From NCBI RefSeq assembly GCF_000150275.1, contig NW_002060945.1:135872-199871 (forward strand): 64,000 nucleotides of DNA, written 5' to 3'. Below the pieces are notes generated by a model, which ran no database searches, was not told the DNA's origin, and saw nothing but the letters and a program-made list of their open reading frames with translations. This DNA comes from Trichoplax adhaerens. Lineage: Eukaryota > Animalia > Placozoa. Numbering within the stretch: the stretch's first letter is position 1; each line of letters opens with the position of its first letter. Below are positions 28,633 through 40,828 of this stretch, in pieces. The translations under genes were made by a program, and so were the position numbers.

Positions 28633-30282
28633 TCTACAGTAGTTGTCTTGCATGGCCTTGATTGTATGCAAGTTCATAAATCATTTGGCCATCATTAAGC
28701 AAGTTGAAGCGAGTCAGTTTACAATCATCTGTAGAGGTTTACCCGTATCTACTGATTACTAATCTACTCAGCCTTACCTTTATTTATTATATTTTGAAAG
28801 TTGTTATAATTTGCGGTGGAACCGAGCGATTTGCATGTTAATAATTGAACTGAACATCGACCGACTTGAATCAACTTGAAAATTCCAGCCATATTGGAAG
28901 TAGAGAGGCCTGGAAAAACACATGCAGTCTACAGTTGCCCGACCACCGTTGGAAGGATACAGTACAAACCGTACAGTCTGTACTGGACTATCTGTAACGT
29001 ACTGTACACTGTAGACTCTGAACAGGTGTGAGTACATGTGCTGCAGCGAGACTGGCAAAATAATATGGCGAAATTTATGCCATGCATTTTTTACATCATT
29101 ATCATTTTAATGGCTTTGAACACGTTTTAAATTCATTTAAAAAGTTTAAAAAATAGAAAAAGGTCTAAGCTATTGTCCGAAGTTTTTATATAGGAATTCA
29201 AGACAGGTTTATTGCTGTTTTTTAAGTTTCCCTAACGCGAGCTCTGCCCATAGTAACGAACATTGCATTACCGTTACCATGTTACTTCTTGCAGTATGTT
29301 GAGAAGCAATTTTTAATTGTCATCACTTGTCCAAATACAGTAAATTCCTACGATAAGCTTTAGATAATTAATAATTCAGCCCCTCTTCAATCTATGCTGT
29401 CTCCTACTACAATTGCAGTCCAAGTATACAACAAGCATCCCTGGTTGCATATTGTTATGTGTTAACAAAGTGCAATACTATTCGATACACTAATATCGAT
29501 GGTCACTGCATGCAGTTGTAGCTATAGCTGTAGTAGTGCAGAAATCATGGATTTCTCCCGGTAACGCCACGTTGTATGGTAAAAGACTGGAAGTACTGCT
29601 CATCAATTGCACATTCTCTAGTGATTCATCACAGCTGCAGCAATATAGGAGTGCAATCTTCTTTATAGGCCAGCGTAATTGAGGAAGACTCTTTTTCGTT
29701 TTCTCTAGACTTTAGAGAATCTTTGAACTCAATCAGTCTTTACCAAAAATAGTGTCACTTATAGTGATGATTTCATGGTATAGCCATTTATTGTGCTGAC
29801 GACATCACTTTTGCTAATAATTTAAATTACCTATATGGCATACTGCAGTAGTATTCATATCTAGCAAAATGGATGTCGTAGAAACACCATAAGTGGGCGA
29901 CTCTAAAGATGACATCATTTTTACACAGACGAATGAGACTACAGTACTGTATATCCACTATTCGTGTACAGAGTGTACAGAATGACAGAACCATTCCTGT
30001 CCGTTAAGTAGTGTATGGTGTACGCTGATTGTTTATTGCTTTTAATATGACATTAGCCTGTCGGTGCAAAATCTCTATCAGCGTAGCCCTCCTCAGGGTG
30101 ACATACGCTGGCAACGCTGCAAACGAAGGCTCGAGATCTTGCCGTTCCTGCAGCTTGTGCAAGCTTACATGAAATTTCTCTTTGCTTGTTACTTGGATTA
30201 TTAGTTATTATTCTATCGAATTAATCTATTAGCCAGATAGGACAGCCTAGTTCAGTGTAAGCCTTGAAAGCATAACTCTATC

Positions 30283-31663
30283 ATGTTTCTAACTTTAGCT
30301 TTGTTAAGTCGTCGTTGGACGCCTGGTAAGCAATGGATTGGGTAAGTCTTTGCACACGGGTGCTTGTTCTACTTTTTCAATTACAGTAACTTATTTTAAA
30401 AGTCCAATGCAATCGTAGATACATTTTTAGACATTGCACCCACGCGGAATAAGAATGATGATGCGTACTGTTAAATAGTATTTATGTATTTGCTAATCAT
30501 TACGATCGCTTACATTATCTTATGCTTTGGATATTGTAGCAAACATCGAAGAATTCAAAAATTTAGTCAAAACAGGAAATTAAATAAAGGTCAAAGATCC
30601 GCTATTATGCGTAGAGTTGATTATCTTATTAGTAGGCCCTATTTAACAGTGGTAAGTATTCTGTTTTGAAGCTTGTATTCAATAGAGCATTTCCAAAGAA
30701 TAAAACTACGGTAATTTTAGTCGCGATAGAAAATTTTAAAACTTTATAAAGTTGTCATCGATATCGATCGAACACACAAATGATTCAGAAAATTAGTAGT
30801 TTATTCGATAGGCTATCGATACTGTTGTCCTTTTGAATACAGTTACTATTTACCTAGTTGATACTATTTAATAGCGAATCCAAAAACATACCTGTGCAGA
30901 CTAAAGCTATCAGTTTACTCGATAGCTTGTAGATACTGCTGTATTGCGAGGGTAGTTACTATCTGCAATGGTTTATGCAATACTGTATACTAAATGTAAA
31001 AGAATATGTCGGTGTGTACGGTGTGGACTAAAACCATTACTTTTCTCGATAGACTAGAAGTACCGTTGTCATCTTGAGTGTAGTTGCTATACACGAAGTT
31101 TATACTGTTTGATACTGAACGCAAAAACATGTCTGTGTCTATCGATACTGAGCATAAGATTAAACCAGTAGATTAATTATTCGACTAACTATCGATACTG
31201 TTGTCATTTTCAGTTTAGTTATTCTATACAAAGTTGATACTCTTTGATACTGAGCGTAAGACTAAAACCATTAGTTTTCTCGATAGTCTATACAGTTAAC
31301 TGTAGATACTACTGCCATTTAGAGTGCAGTTACTATACACGAAATTTTTACTCTCTGATACTAAATATATCTATGAAGCTTTATGCTAATATCTAGTCGG
31401 AGTACCTACAATTCCTTCAGTGAGGCATTGATACTAGTTTGTAACTGATACACTAATTTTAACCATAATTGCTCTAATATTGAATTTGGCACCTCTATAA
31501 TTAGTTAATATACTACTCATTGCAGGAAGAAGAGCTCGAATCAAGTTCAATCAGCAAGAACCAGTTTAGTTATGAAAAGATGATGAAGAAGAGAAAAAAA
31601 TTCGTTACCTTCAAGTCTGGCTATGCTCATTTAAGTTTTTTAAATCACGGTCAAAAGTATTAA
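30283..31663 (+). CDS. MRPL57: Mitochondrial ribosomal protein mL63 (102 aa; exons 30283-30341, 30540-30651, 31526-31663)
   Basis: MFLTLALLSRRWTPGKQWIG|KHRRIQKFSQ...YLISRPYLTV|EEE...HLSFLNHGQKY*. Matches the recalled human MFLTALL..RIPGRQWIGKHRR..LSMPYMTREQE. Intron phases are consistent. The ORF track captures only exon 2 (30484..30669). Confidence 0.92.
30797..31365. repeat. Degenerate minisatellite, about 5 copies of 105-140 bp, in MRPL57 intron 2
   Basis: Recurring tagttt(a/t)(c/t)tcgatag..gatactgttgtcat...agttactata...gatact...gactaaaaccat. Confidence 0.8.
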
Positions 31664-33759
31664 ACATTAGAATTCAAATTATTACAAAGACTGTGCCTGT
31701 CTTCTCTCCCAACTATCAATACAAAATCTGTTGTTAAAAATAATACGAAAGATGTAAATGATAATGGTGAGGACGAGAACGGTCTATACCCAATCGAAGA
31801 TACCCCTCACTTCAATCAGGCTATCAGTACGTTTTATTGGAAACAGCAAGAATGACCAGCCATTCCTTTTACAATATTCTTACTGTTGTTATAGTAATTA
31901 CAGACTACTACGATATGCTTGTTTCTGATTGTAAATAAAGTTACTCAGATCGACACTATCTTGTAAAGCTTTTCTAAAGATATTATACGCGCAGATAGAT
32001 AAATGCAGCGGTGGGTATGCGTATATATCTGATCGCTATTAAGCATAGCATTTAAAGATATAGTACATTTTTAGAAATACACTGTAGTAGACCGCAGCCT
32101 AAATAAAACACTCAACTTTTTTATACATCATTGAATAAAACAGACATCCATAATATAGGACCACAAAATTCTAGTTCAAAAATATTAACGATTTGTATAT
32201 GCTGCAAGACAGTATCAGTTATTGCTGAAGTATTATTGAATAAATTTCTGCAAGAGCAAAGGGATAATCATCACTTGATAACGTAACATCGAGATATGTA
32301 CATGAAAATTAATTAAAAGCAATATTTGATACCTTAGATGGTACGTGACTCCAACTATACGCGTACAGAAATTATGTTAACGAGTGTTTTATTCGGTTTA
32401 TGATATACAGAAGGTATCAAACAGATTAAGGATCTATTTATAGCTATTTTCGCATTAGCAAAGCAAAGACAGGTGCATTATTGGATCAATGCGAAGACAA
32501 ATGACCGGAAAGGTAGACAATATCCGGAGTAGTAAAGATTTTTAAAGCAATATACTGTATATATCTAACCTAGCAATATCGATTATGGAAAAAATCGATG
32601 TATTAAAAATTAAAACAAATGCAATCTATCCTGCTGTATATTCTATTCAATTAAAACTTTCCCTAATCAGTTCTAACGCGTATGTTAGAGCAAAGTGAGC
32701 TTAGTAGACTGTAAAGAAACCAATTATTAAAATAAATAAAGTAAAAGACTTACGTAAATTCAATAAACCTCTATTCGAATAAACAACAACATAGCTATAA
32801 AGCAATTAGAAAATTGCTACGATAAATTGAGGATTTACATCATTCCTAAGACCAACTCTAGATAAGGTGAAAACCTCAAAATATTGTAGCAGTATAGAGA
32901 GAAAAACAGTGCAAAAGACACGTCTCATATTATACATAATATTTTTCGAATAACTATAAACAACAGTAACTTAAGCGGAATATTTTAGCTAATTGCTGTT
33001 TATCAATAGCAATAATATCATCCATGACAATAGTTTATAATATAAATCTGTCAATTTCTACTTGAAAGAGCTAGAATTATTGATTACTTTACGATTTAAC
33101 GATCTTTCCTTAAAAATACAAGATACAACGGGATTAAGAAGAAACTTTACATTCCATATCTATTAGCTATCGTCAAAGAAGCCGCCAACTATATTGCATA
33201 TATTAAATATCATTTACTGCCATACTTCTTGAATATGCACTATACACTTATAAAAGATTCATAAATTACTGACTATTTAATGAATTGAAACCCTCATTTT
33301 TCAATCGTAGAGATGCAAAGGCTACAAAGAAAAGTAAAACTTTTACATTATAATACGAATAAGCTATTACCGTCGAAAGCCATATTCTGCCTACTTTACA
33401 TTCGTATATTATGTTATTTCACCTATTCTATTTACATATTATGATTTCCTGTTATTTACATCGAAAATCGTAGGTAAGATATAAAGAAAAGGTAACTTTC
33501 ATATGCAAGTACGAATCGATTATTATTGTCGAATATTATTTCCACTCAATGAATATAATCTTATTATTTTATATTATTTTATACATTGTACGAGTTTTAA
33601 CGCGCTATACGTAATTTCATGTCCAACTATTTTTATATGAAAAATCTCGAACTTATTAGCATTTGATAATTTTAGTTACATCTTGACTAAAAATGTGTTA
33701 AATATGAGAGAATGTAGAAATAGGAATCTTCAATTCAATATGCATAAACTTACGTATCA

Positions 33760-34764
33760 CTATTTACTTCTGATACTTTCATGCACTTTACACCTTCGAT
33801 TACATTTCAAGAATTGTTTAAATTGTTCCTTAATATTTCTATCATAGGTTAAAAAAATTAAAGGATTAATAAAAGTTAACAGTAGAGTTAGCGGCACTGT
33901 AATATTACTCAGAACGTAGACTGAGAAATGATATTGCTCCAACTGTCTTAGCGAAATTGTGGAGTAAGAGAGAACCATAGTTTTAATAAGATGTGGTAAT
34001 TGACATAAAAGAAAGACACTGGTAGTTAATACCAATACATGTATAAGATTGCGCTTTTGCCTCATTTCTAACTGTTTTCGCTGATTAGAAAGGCAACCAG
34101 GCCGGATACGCCGTAAAATATATTTAACAATTTTAGTATAATTATAAGCCATGAGTAGACATGGCAAAATAATGACCATAATGACGAAAAAGGTTAGGTA
34201 ATATTGAACACCAGAATTGCGCTGGTAGATATCACAGAATACCGGAGCATCAATATAAGAATCGGTAAAAATTATATCGGGTATACAAACTAATAGGCCA
34301 ATAGACCAAATAGATGCAATAACTATAGCCATAAATTTCCTATTGGTAAATCGAGATTGGTAATTAAACCATGTTGATGAGACGATAACATCATAACGTT
34401 CACAACTAATAACAGCTAGGGTTAAATTACATACACTTGAAAATGTATCACTAATATAAAATGATAATTTACACATTAATGAACCACTTTGATAACTGAG
34501 TTTCGTACCAGGTGGTGTAAAAGCTAAAAAAGTTAATCCAGCTGGATAGACGAAGGAAAAAAGACAGCTTGCAAAGGATAAGTTCCAAACTAGTATGTAA
34601 ACCGCTTTATGTAATTTTTTCTTCATGGTAATGATATGAAGTAAAATTATATTCAAAATCAGGCCTAAAATAGAGCTTGGAAGGCCGACAGCAACCGTTA
34701 TCGATATTGGAACAATACTACTAACATTAGTGTTACTTAGATTTACTGTTAATGACAAATTCAT
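33760..34764 (-). CDS. Intronless rhodopsin-family (class A) orphan GPCR, 334 aa
   Basis: Seven hydrophobic segments, N-terminal NLS/NVS sequons, TM1 N, TM3 Cys and ERY, TM4 W, ECL2 Cys (FCD), TM5 P..Y, TM6 FLLCQLP, TM7 NPLIF, helix 8 IKEQF. Confidence 0.93.
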   Translation of the reverse strand: MNLSLTVNLSNTNVSSIVPISITVAVGLPSSILGLILNIILLHIITMKKKLHKAVYILVWNLSFASCLFSFVYPAGLTFLAFTPPGTKLSYQSGSLMCKLSFYISDTFSSVCNLTLAVISCERYDVIVSSTWFNYQSRFTNRKFMAIVIASIWSIGLLVCIPDIIFTDSYIDAPVFCDIYQRNSGVQYYLTFFVIMVIILPCLLMAYNYTKIVKYILRRIRPGCLSNQRKQLEMRQKRNLIHVLVLTTSVFLLCQLPHLIKTMVLSYSTISLRQLEQYHFSVYVLSNITVPLTLLLTFINPLIFLTYDRNIKEQFKQFLKCNRRCKVHESIRSK

Positions 34765-36224
34765 CTTTAAGCTTCAAGTTACTAGATGTCGTGATCGCCA
34801 AGTTAAATAACTGCTCGATAACTTAATCTTAAAGACGAGTATTAAGCTTTGGTAATTGCTCAGGCTGTAATTAGAATTGAAAATTAATTTCGAGACTATT
34901 AGCTCCGATGAAAAACACGGTCAATTAAATTTGGAAAAATTAAATCTATACCTTCGACGATAGAATAAGTAAGATTCAAAAGATTGAGAAAAAATTTCCT
35001 CAGAATGATGCGCTAAGGATCAGAATGGAAGGCTGAAAATTTAGTTAAAATCTCTTTCTACATACATTGGGATAAATGTCCTTAATAAGCAATAAATTGA
35101 AAACTATTCAATGTTGAGATCTTTAGAATAAATAGCAGAGATCTGAAAACGTAGGATGGTGGTCAATGATAAAGCAAAGTAGAAGAGTTTCCAGAAAGAG
35201 ATCGAGAATTCTCCGTATAGCTTCAAGCTGATTTTTATACCCAACAAGTTCAGAAACTGAGCATATCAACTCTCACTATTCGTTTCTAAATACTCTCTAC
35301 TATACAGTAGTTCTAAATAATGCAATGGTATCTGTTATATATGAAAAGAATTAATCCTTCTAACAGATAATGAATGAAAGAGATTCAGTATTGTATAAAT
35401 TTGCTCATGCAATAGCAGGACGTGCCAGGAAAACCTAATTGCCAGAGAGTAGATGGTAATCTAATACGAGTTAGCTTGAGGGCTTTAATGGCGATTTAAA
35501 GCTAAGTAACATAGAAATAGTCCAAAGCTTCTCGTAATTTCTTTCACTATATTTTTTATAATATAGGAGAATATCTATATAAGAGGTAACTATTCGTGTC
35601 CGAAAAAAATATTTAGGGCGCTAAAGGCTTGAATGAAATTAAATACCAAATTGATAGAGAGTAAATAATTTTTACTTACACTAATGATTTAATGAGGATA
35701 TAGGAATTAGACGAAGTTAAATGACTAAAAGTTTAACCTAATCCGTCTTAAATTTGTAACACAATTATTGCTATAAGAAGTAATTTTTAACTTTAGGTAA
35801 ATATTAATAATTTTAAGGTTAAACTGAAACCAAGCACGTAGGTGAGTAGACAGATACCAATCAATTCTTCCTCACCTTAATGGCCGTAATAGTCATATTA
35901 TTATCGGGGCAAAATCAGGTAATTCAAGGATTTCTATTCCTCTTTATAATATCATTAAAAACAAATTGTAGTTTAAAGAAATAATTTTCAATTTTACGCG
36001 GATATCCAAGGGACTCAATGATAGAAAGGCCTTAAATATCTATCGATAAGAAGGCGATTAATTCTTACTTAGCTTAAAAGCTCCAAAGATAATATAAGAT
36101 GTGGGACAAAGTGATTTAAATTTCAGTCTACTTATTCCCAATATTGTTTTGATGCGAACTTGTCGTTGTAATAAGTAATTTTCAGCTGTAGATAGTGATC
36201 AGTAGGCCCTTAAAGCTGTAGTGA

Positions 36225-36545
36225 AATGAGATCGCCTAATCGAGTAGCATCGATATCGTAATAGTCAATTCTTTCTCGGTTTGTAGGCTTTCAAAGAATG
36301 TGATAACCCGATCAATTCTTTCTCGATTTGCAAGTCTGAATGAAATGAAACAACCTGATCGAGTAAGTGCCGCAATAAATGATTCTTTCTTGTTTTGAAA
36401 ATTAAAGGAAGGAGATAACCTCTTCGAGTAGATATGGTAATAATCAATTCTTCCTGGGTTTGAAGACTTTAATGAAATGGGATAACTTAGTCGAGTAGAT
36501 ATCGAGATTGTCAATTCTGGCTCAGCTCGCAGACATTGGAAATTA
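36225..36545. repeat. Degenerate minisatellite, about 5 copies of 50-70 bp
   Basis: Recurring tcgagtagatat...tcaattctt(t/c)ct...tttg...aatgaaatg..ataacc. Confidence 0.75.
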
Positions 36546-39099
36546 ACGAAGTTTTAGGTGATTCAAAAATTCAATCTATTCCTCTTTAATCTCATTTATA
36601 AGCAAATGGATTTATAATAAATATTTTTGAACTTTCGATATACGTACATCAGTGGCATCTCATGACCAACTAGAATCAATCTTGGCAATCTAATCAATCA
36701 ACTTTAGTCTAACCAGTCTTCAAGCCAGCTCAAGGCACATTACGACACAGGAAGTAGTTTTACTAATCGGTCTGCCTAGTATTTTTATTGATTTCAGATT
36801 TGAAACTGTACAAAGTGATTTGCAATATCGGAAACAAAATTCAATGATTGTAGCACCCGTAGAGGTAAAAGAAAAAATGATGTCAGTACAAGGCGGTCGT
36901 TAGTTTAGCAAGAACAGATTTTTCTCACTAATGTTAATACAATCAATGCATCTCTCGCTAATTTGGACATTGATTAACTTGTATCCATTTATAACTAATA
37001 TATTGGGAGTAGTCCTTTTGTCATTTGAAATAATCTTTCGGATAAATAGATCCAATTTCTATAGTACAAACGATCACCATGACAAAATGATTGCTATCTT
37101 AATAGATTCGTATGATTGCTTAAATAATTGCATTTATTATCAGCTAATTAAGGTATGGTCAATACTGTTAGGTCTATTTTTCAAGCTAGACAAATAAAAT
37201 TTCCTTTAATATTGATACCATCCCTATACAACATGCATTTGTATTCAGATAAGGGGTAAAAAGCTACTTCTTTTTCAAACAACATCCATTTTCTCCTCCT
37301 TTACATTACCCTTTCATTTCTATGATGCAATCCTGTCACAAAGCAGCTTTGCAACAAGATAACGTAATGTGCGATCAATAGTCAATTCCTTGAACCACGT
37401 ATCAAGGAACGATATCTACACTATCAGAAACACTTTTGCTCTACTAACAGACTACTCAAAGACTTAGACGCCTCGTATTTTACGTTAAACACTAAGTTTA
37501 AGAATTTACTTTATTACACGATATACGGCATTTATATATTCTTCCTCAATAGTTTATGAGTCATACATAGTACGATTAACTTTGGAATCATTCACTGAAT
37601 TAGATATTAATTTTAGCTACTGCTCCCTTAATGCAGACAACAGTATTTACGAACATAGACATCTGATGACTAATACAGAATAGTCAGATTACGATATGTC
37701 CTATCACGGAACATTTCCATGATAATTTACAATCTACCATAAGTAAGTTATTATTAAAATGATTCGAACTGTACAAGTAAGTAGATGATTTGAATTCCCC
37801 ATTATAACGATTAATTTCAGTATATGTATATGTATCACTGTCATAAAAAGTCAGTGCTATATTAAAACATAGTATATCCAAAATTAGAAGTTAACTAAAT
37901 AAGGATAGGCTAACAGAATTATCCTAGCATAGATATTTCTATTCTAATACAGTATATAACACTGTCACAAATCCATACAAGCAAAATAGGTGAAATCTAT
38001 CTCTATCCGGTACAGAGTAAATATATTATCAATCATATCCGGTATCAAGTAGAGATTAATTGGGGTCAAACTTTATCAATTCTTCTCTTCGAATCAATTG
38101 AAGTAACACCGCATATGTTCTGTAATCGATAATATCCACGTCTCAGTTATTGTAATCAGGCATCTAAGTGATCGATTTCAGGTAATTAATATAGAAATGT
38201 TAATTTATCGATCTGCTTTGGTCTTAACGACGACAGATTCGTTCCATTTTGGGTTATCACCACATTTTGGCAATGGATGGACGCTTTTACATGTATGGAC
38301 GATTGAATTAATGATTAATCTTCTCATTCGTGATTTTTATTAAAACTACATTTTAAATAGATATTTATCATTTCCTTTACGTTATATCTGATTGTAATAC
38401 TAGACCGGTTAGACTTTAGATGAAGATGATGTAATAGTAATGGATAGATACTTACAATAAACATACATGCGATTTCAAATATAATCCTCTCATTTAGTAG
38501 TTCAATCACGTTATTTTATTCAGATATTCCAATTTTTCCATCTATTTTTATACATACATTACAGTAGATTTATCTAATTTAAGATTATGATGATGTAATC
38601 ATATACCCGGGTATATATTTAGATATAGAAATTAATTAACATACAATCTTCTCATTAGTAACTGTCGGGATTGGCGCTAAATTATTGGTTTACAAACATT
38701 GTAAAATGAAAATATTCGCAAAATAACCCGCCCATGGATTGCATCTAAAATTGACAATTAAGTTGAGTATGAACTCCATGTTTAAATTTATATCTAGCCC
38801 TTTTGTTATTAGTTTCGATAGTAGATCCCTAATAGAAATATCGATGTGATAAAAATGCTCAAGGAATTTAAAAAAATTATCACAGGAACTAACAACTAAG
38901 TCACTAATCTACTTTGTTACTAATAATAGTGGTAGATTCACTAGGTTCAGATTATAATGCATATCATACAGTAGCATAATTATAATGCTTACGTACAGTA
39001 TTTGGAAATTGGTTAGATTTTAATTACAGAAAATTTAGATCATATGAATACATGCATGCCTCCTCTTTATTACTGCAGTGAATCGTAAAGAGAAGAATT

Positions 39100-39430
39100 T
39101 ATTATGATAAAAGGTCCAGAAATGATTGCTGATCGATTATATCTAATTGATTCTAAATTCAATCATAAAAGCACTAGCACTGAAGTAATATGAGTTTATC
39201 CGGATTGATTTTGCTACTGATTACTGAAGATAGTAATAGAAGTAGCCATAATGATAAAAGTGCCTAGAAAATCTAGAAATGATTATTGATTGGTTGATAC
39301 CTAGTTTAAATCTCAGTTGAATCACGAAAATCCTTTGAAATCATTTCTGGGTCTACTTCGATATTAGTCACATAAAGCATGAATAAGAAGATGCAAGACG
39401 ATAATTGGTAAAAGTGCCTAATAAGGAATT
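39100..39430. repeat. Degenerate tandem duplication, about 145-bp period, 2-3 copies
   Basis: atgataaaag...agaaatgatt..tgat.g at about 39103 and 39251, with a partial taaaagtgccta near 39409. Confidence 0.55.
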
Positions 39431-40828
39431 TAATTGTCAACATCGACATGACGCTCGGTATAAATATCTTTAATTTGAGATTTAAATCTAATTATAGATG
39501 CACTTACTTCATCCATACTTTATTTTGTTTATTAATTATAATAAATTTGTTAGTAAATTCCAATCGTAATTCTAACCAATTTTGGACATGAAAAAAGGCC
39601 GAGATAATTTTTTAATGTGAATACTAGGATCAATAGCAACTCAAATTTTGTAGCGGAAACGATTTTATATTAAATCAGCAGAGAAATGACTTGGTGAAAA
39701 TTCAATATATAGTACCAAAATGTATCTTGTTGTCCTTAGATATCGCTAAAAGGTTACATAAATCTCTACGTAAACAAGGACGAGATTCAGCAGTGATTAC
39801 AGAATAAAGCCAGGCAAGGGAAAGCTTCACACCCTGATATAGGTAAATATACTGCTGTAGAGATGGCATGGTACGCAATGGTAACTTACGACTGGTATAC
39901 TGTATATTGTAATGGCTGATTCATCGATCTAATCTGATCTTATCACGGTTACGTAAACCTTAATATGAATTTTTCTGCTATCGTATCTATAGAGTAATAA
40001 ATGGTGCACCAACGACATGAGTAGGGTTCATCGCCTAATACGCATTTCGAATTGACAAAAATTTCCGATGGGATTATGCATATACAGAATTAGCATGCAC
40101 ACTAATGTCCGATATCTTGTCTTTATTTCAATATATCTTCAGAATTTCTCTCCTACCATATATACATTAAGAAGCTAGCAAATAGAAATATTTATTATCT
40201 TCATTGAAATTGATCTGATAACCCTATTTCAGTATACACACTTCAATGATAAACTTAACTGTACAGTAAAAAAGTTTTTGCCAACTGTCACATTAGTTAC
40301 AAATTAGATAGCAGTGAAAAATAAAACTGTACAAAATGTTGTCGTCAGTATCAATGACCGGTAAGAAGCGACCATTCTGCGGTATTTATCATATGACTAA
40401 TGGGAAATCGCTAACATGCCAGCAGCGATCAATCATTAATAAATTCTATAACAATAATAATAGAAATATCCCTAACCACATAAAAAATGTAATATTGCTT
40501 AACAACGGCGGCTTTTTTAAAATGTGCTATCGTAGTTATGTGATATAATAATAGGTAAATAATATTTAGCTTTAGCAATAAGTACATTACACTATATTAT
40601 AATTGCAATTTCAGATAACGGATACATGGCATAATTCACGTGATAGATATTTCCGTTAGAGAACCCATTGGCCTACTATATAACTATACATATCTAGCTA
40701 GTTTTTGACAAGCCTAAGGACGTTAAACATCACTATTAACATTTCTTTATAGTTAAAAAATGGGTCAGCTTTCGAGTTCGCCAGGGAATGCGAAATTAGT
40801 AAGATATTGGCATCGAACAATAACTCAA

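Noticed and set aside
36236-36514. 92-aa minus-strand ORF
   Set aside because: It coincides with a degenerate minisatellite, has a non-ATG start and shows no recognisable domain.
38601-38616. 16-bp palindrome ATATACCCGGGTATAT
   Set aside because: Isolated, with no associated gene, terminal repeat or second copy.
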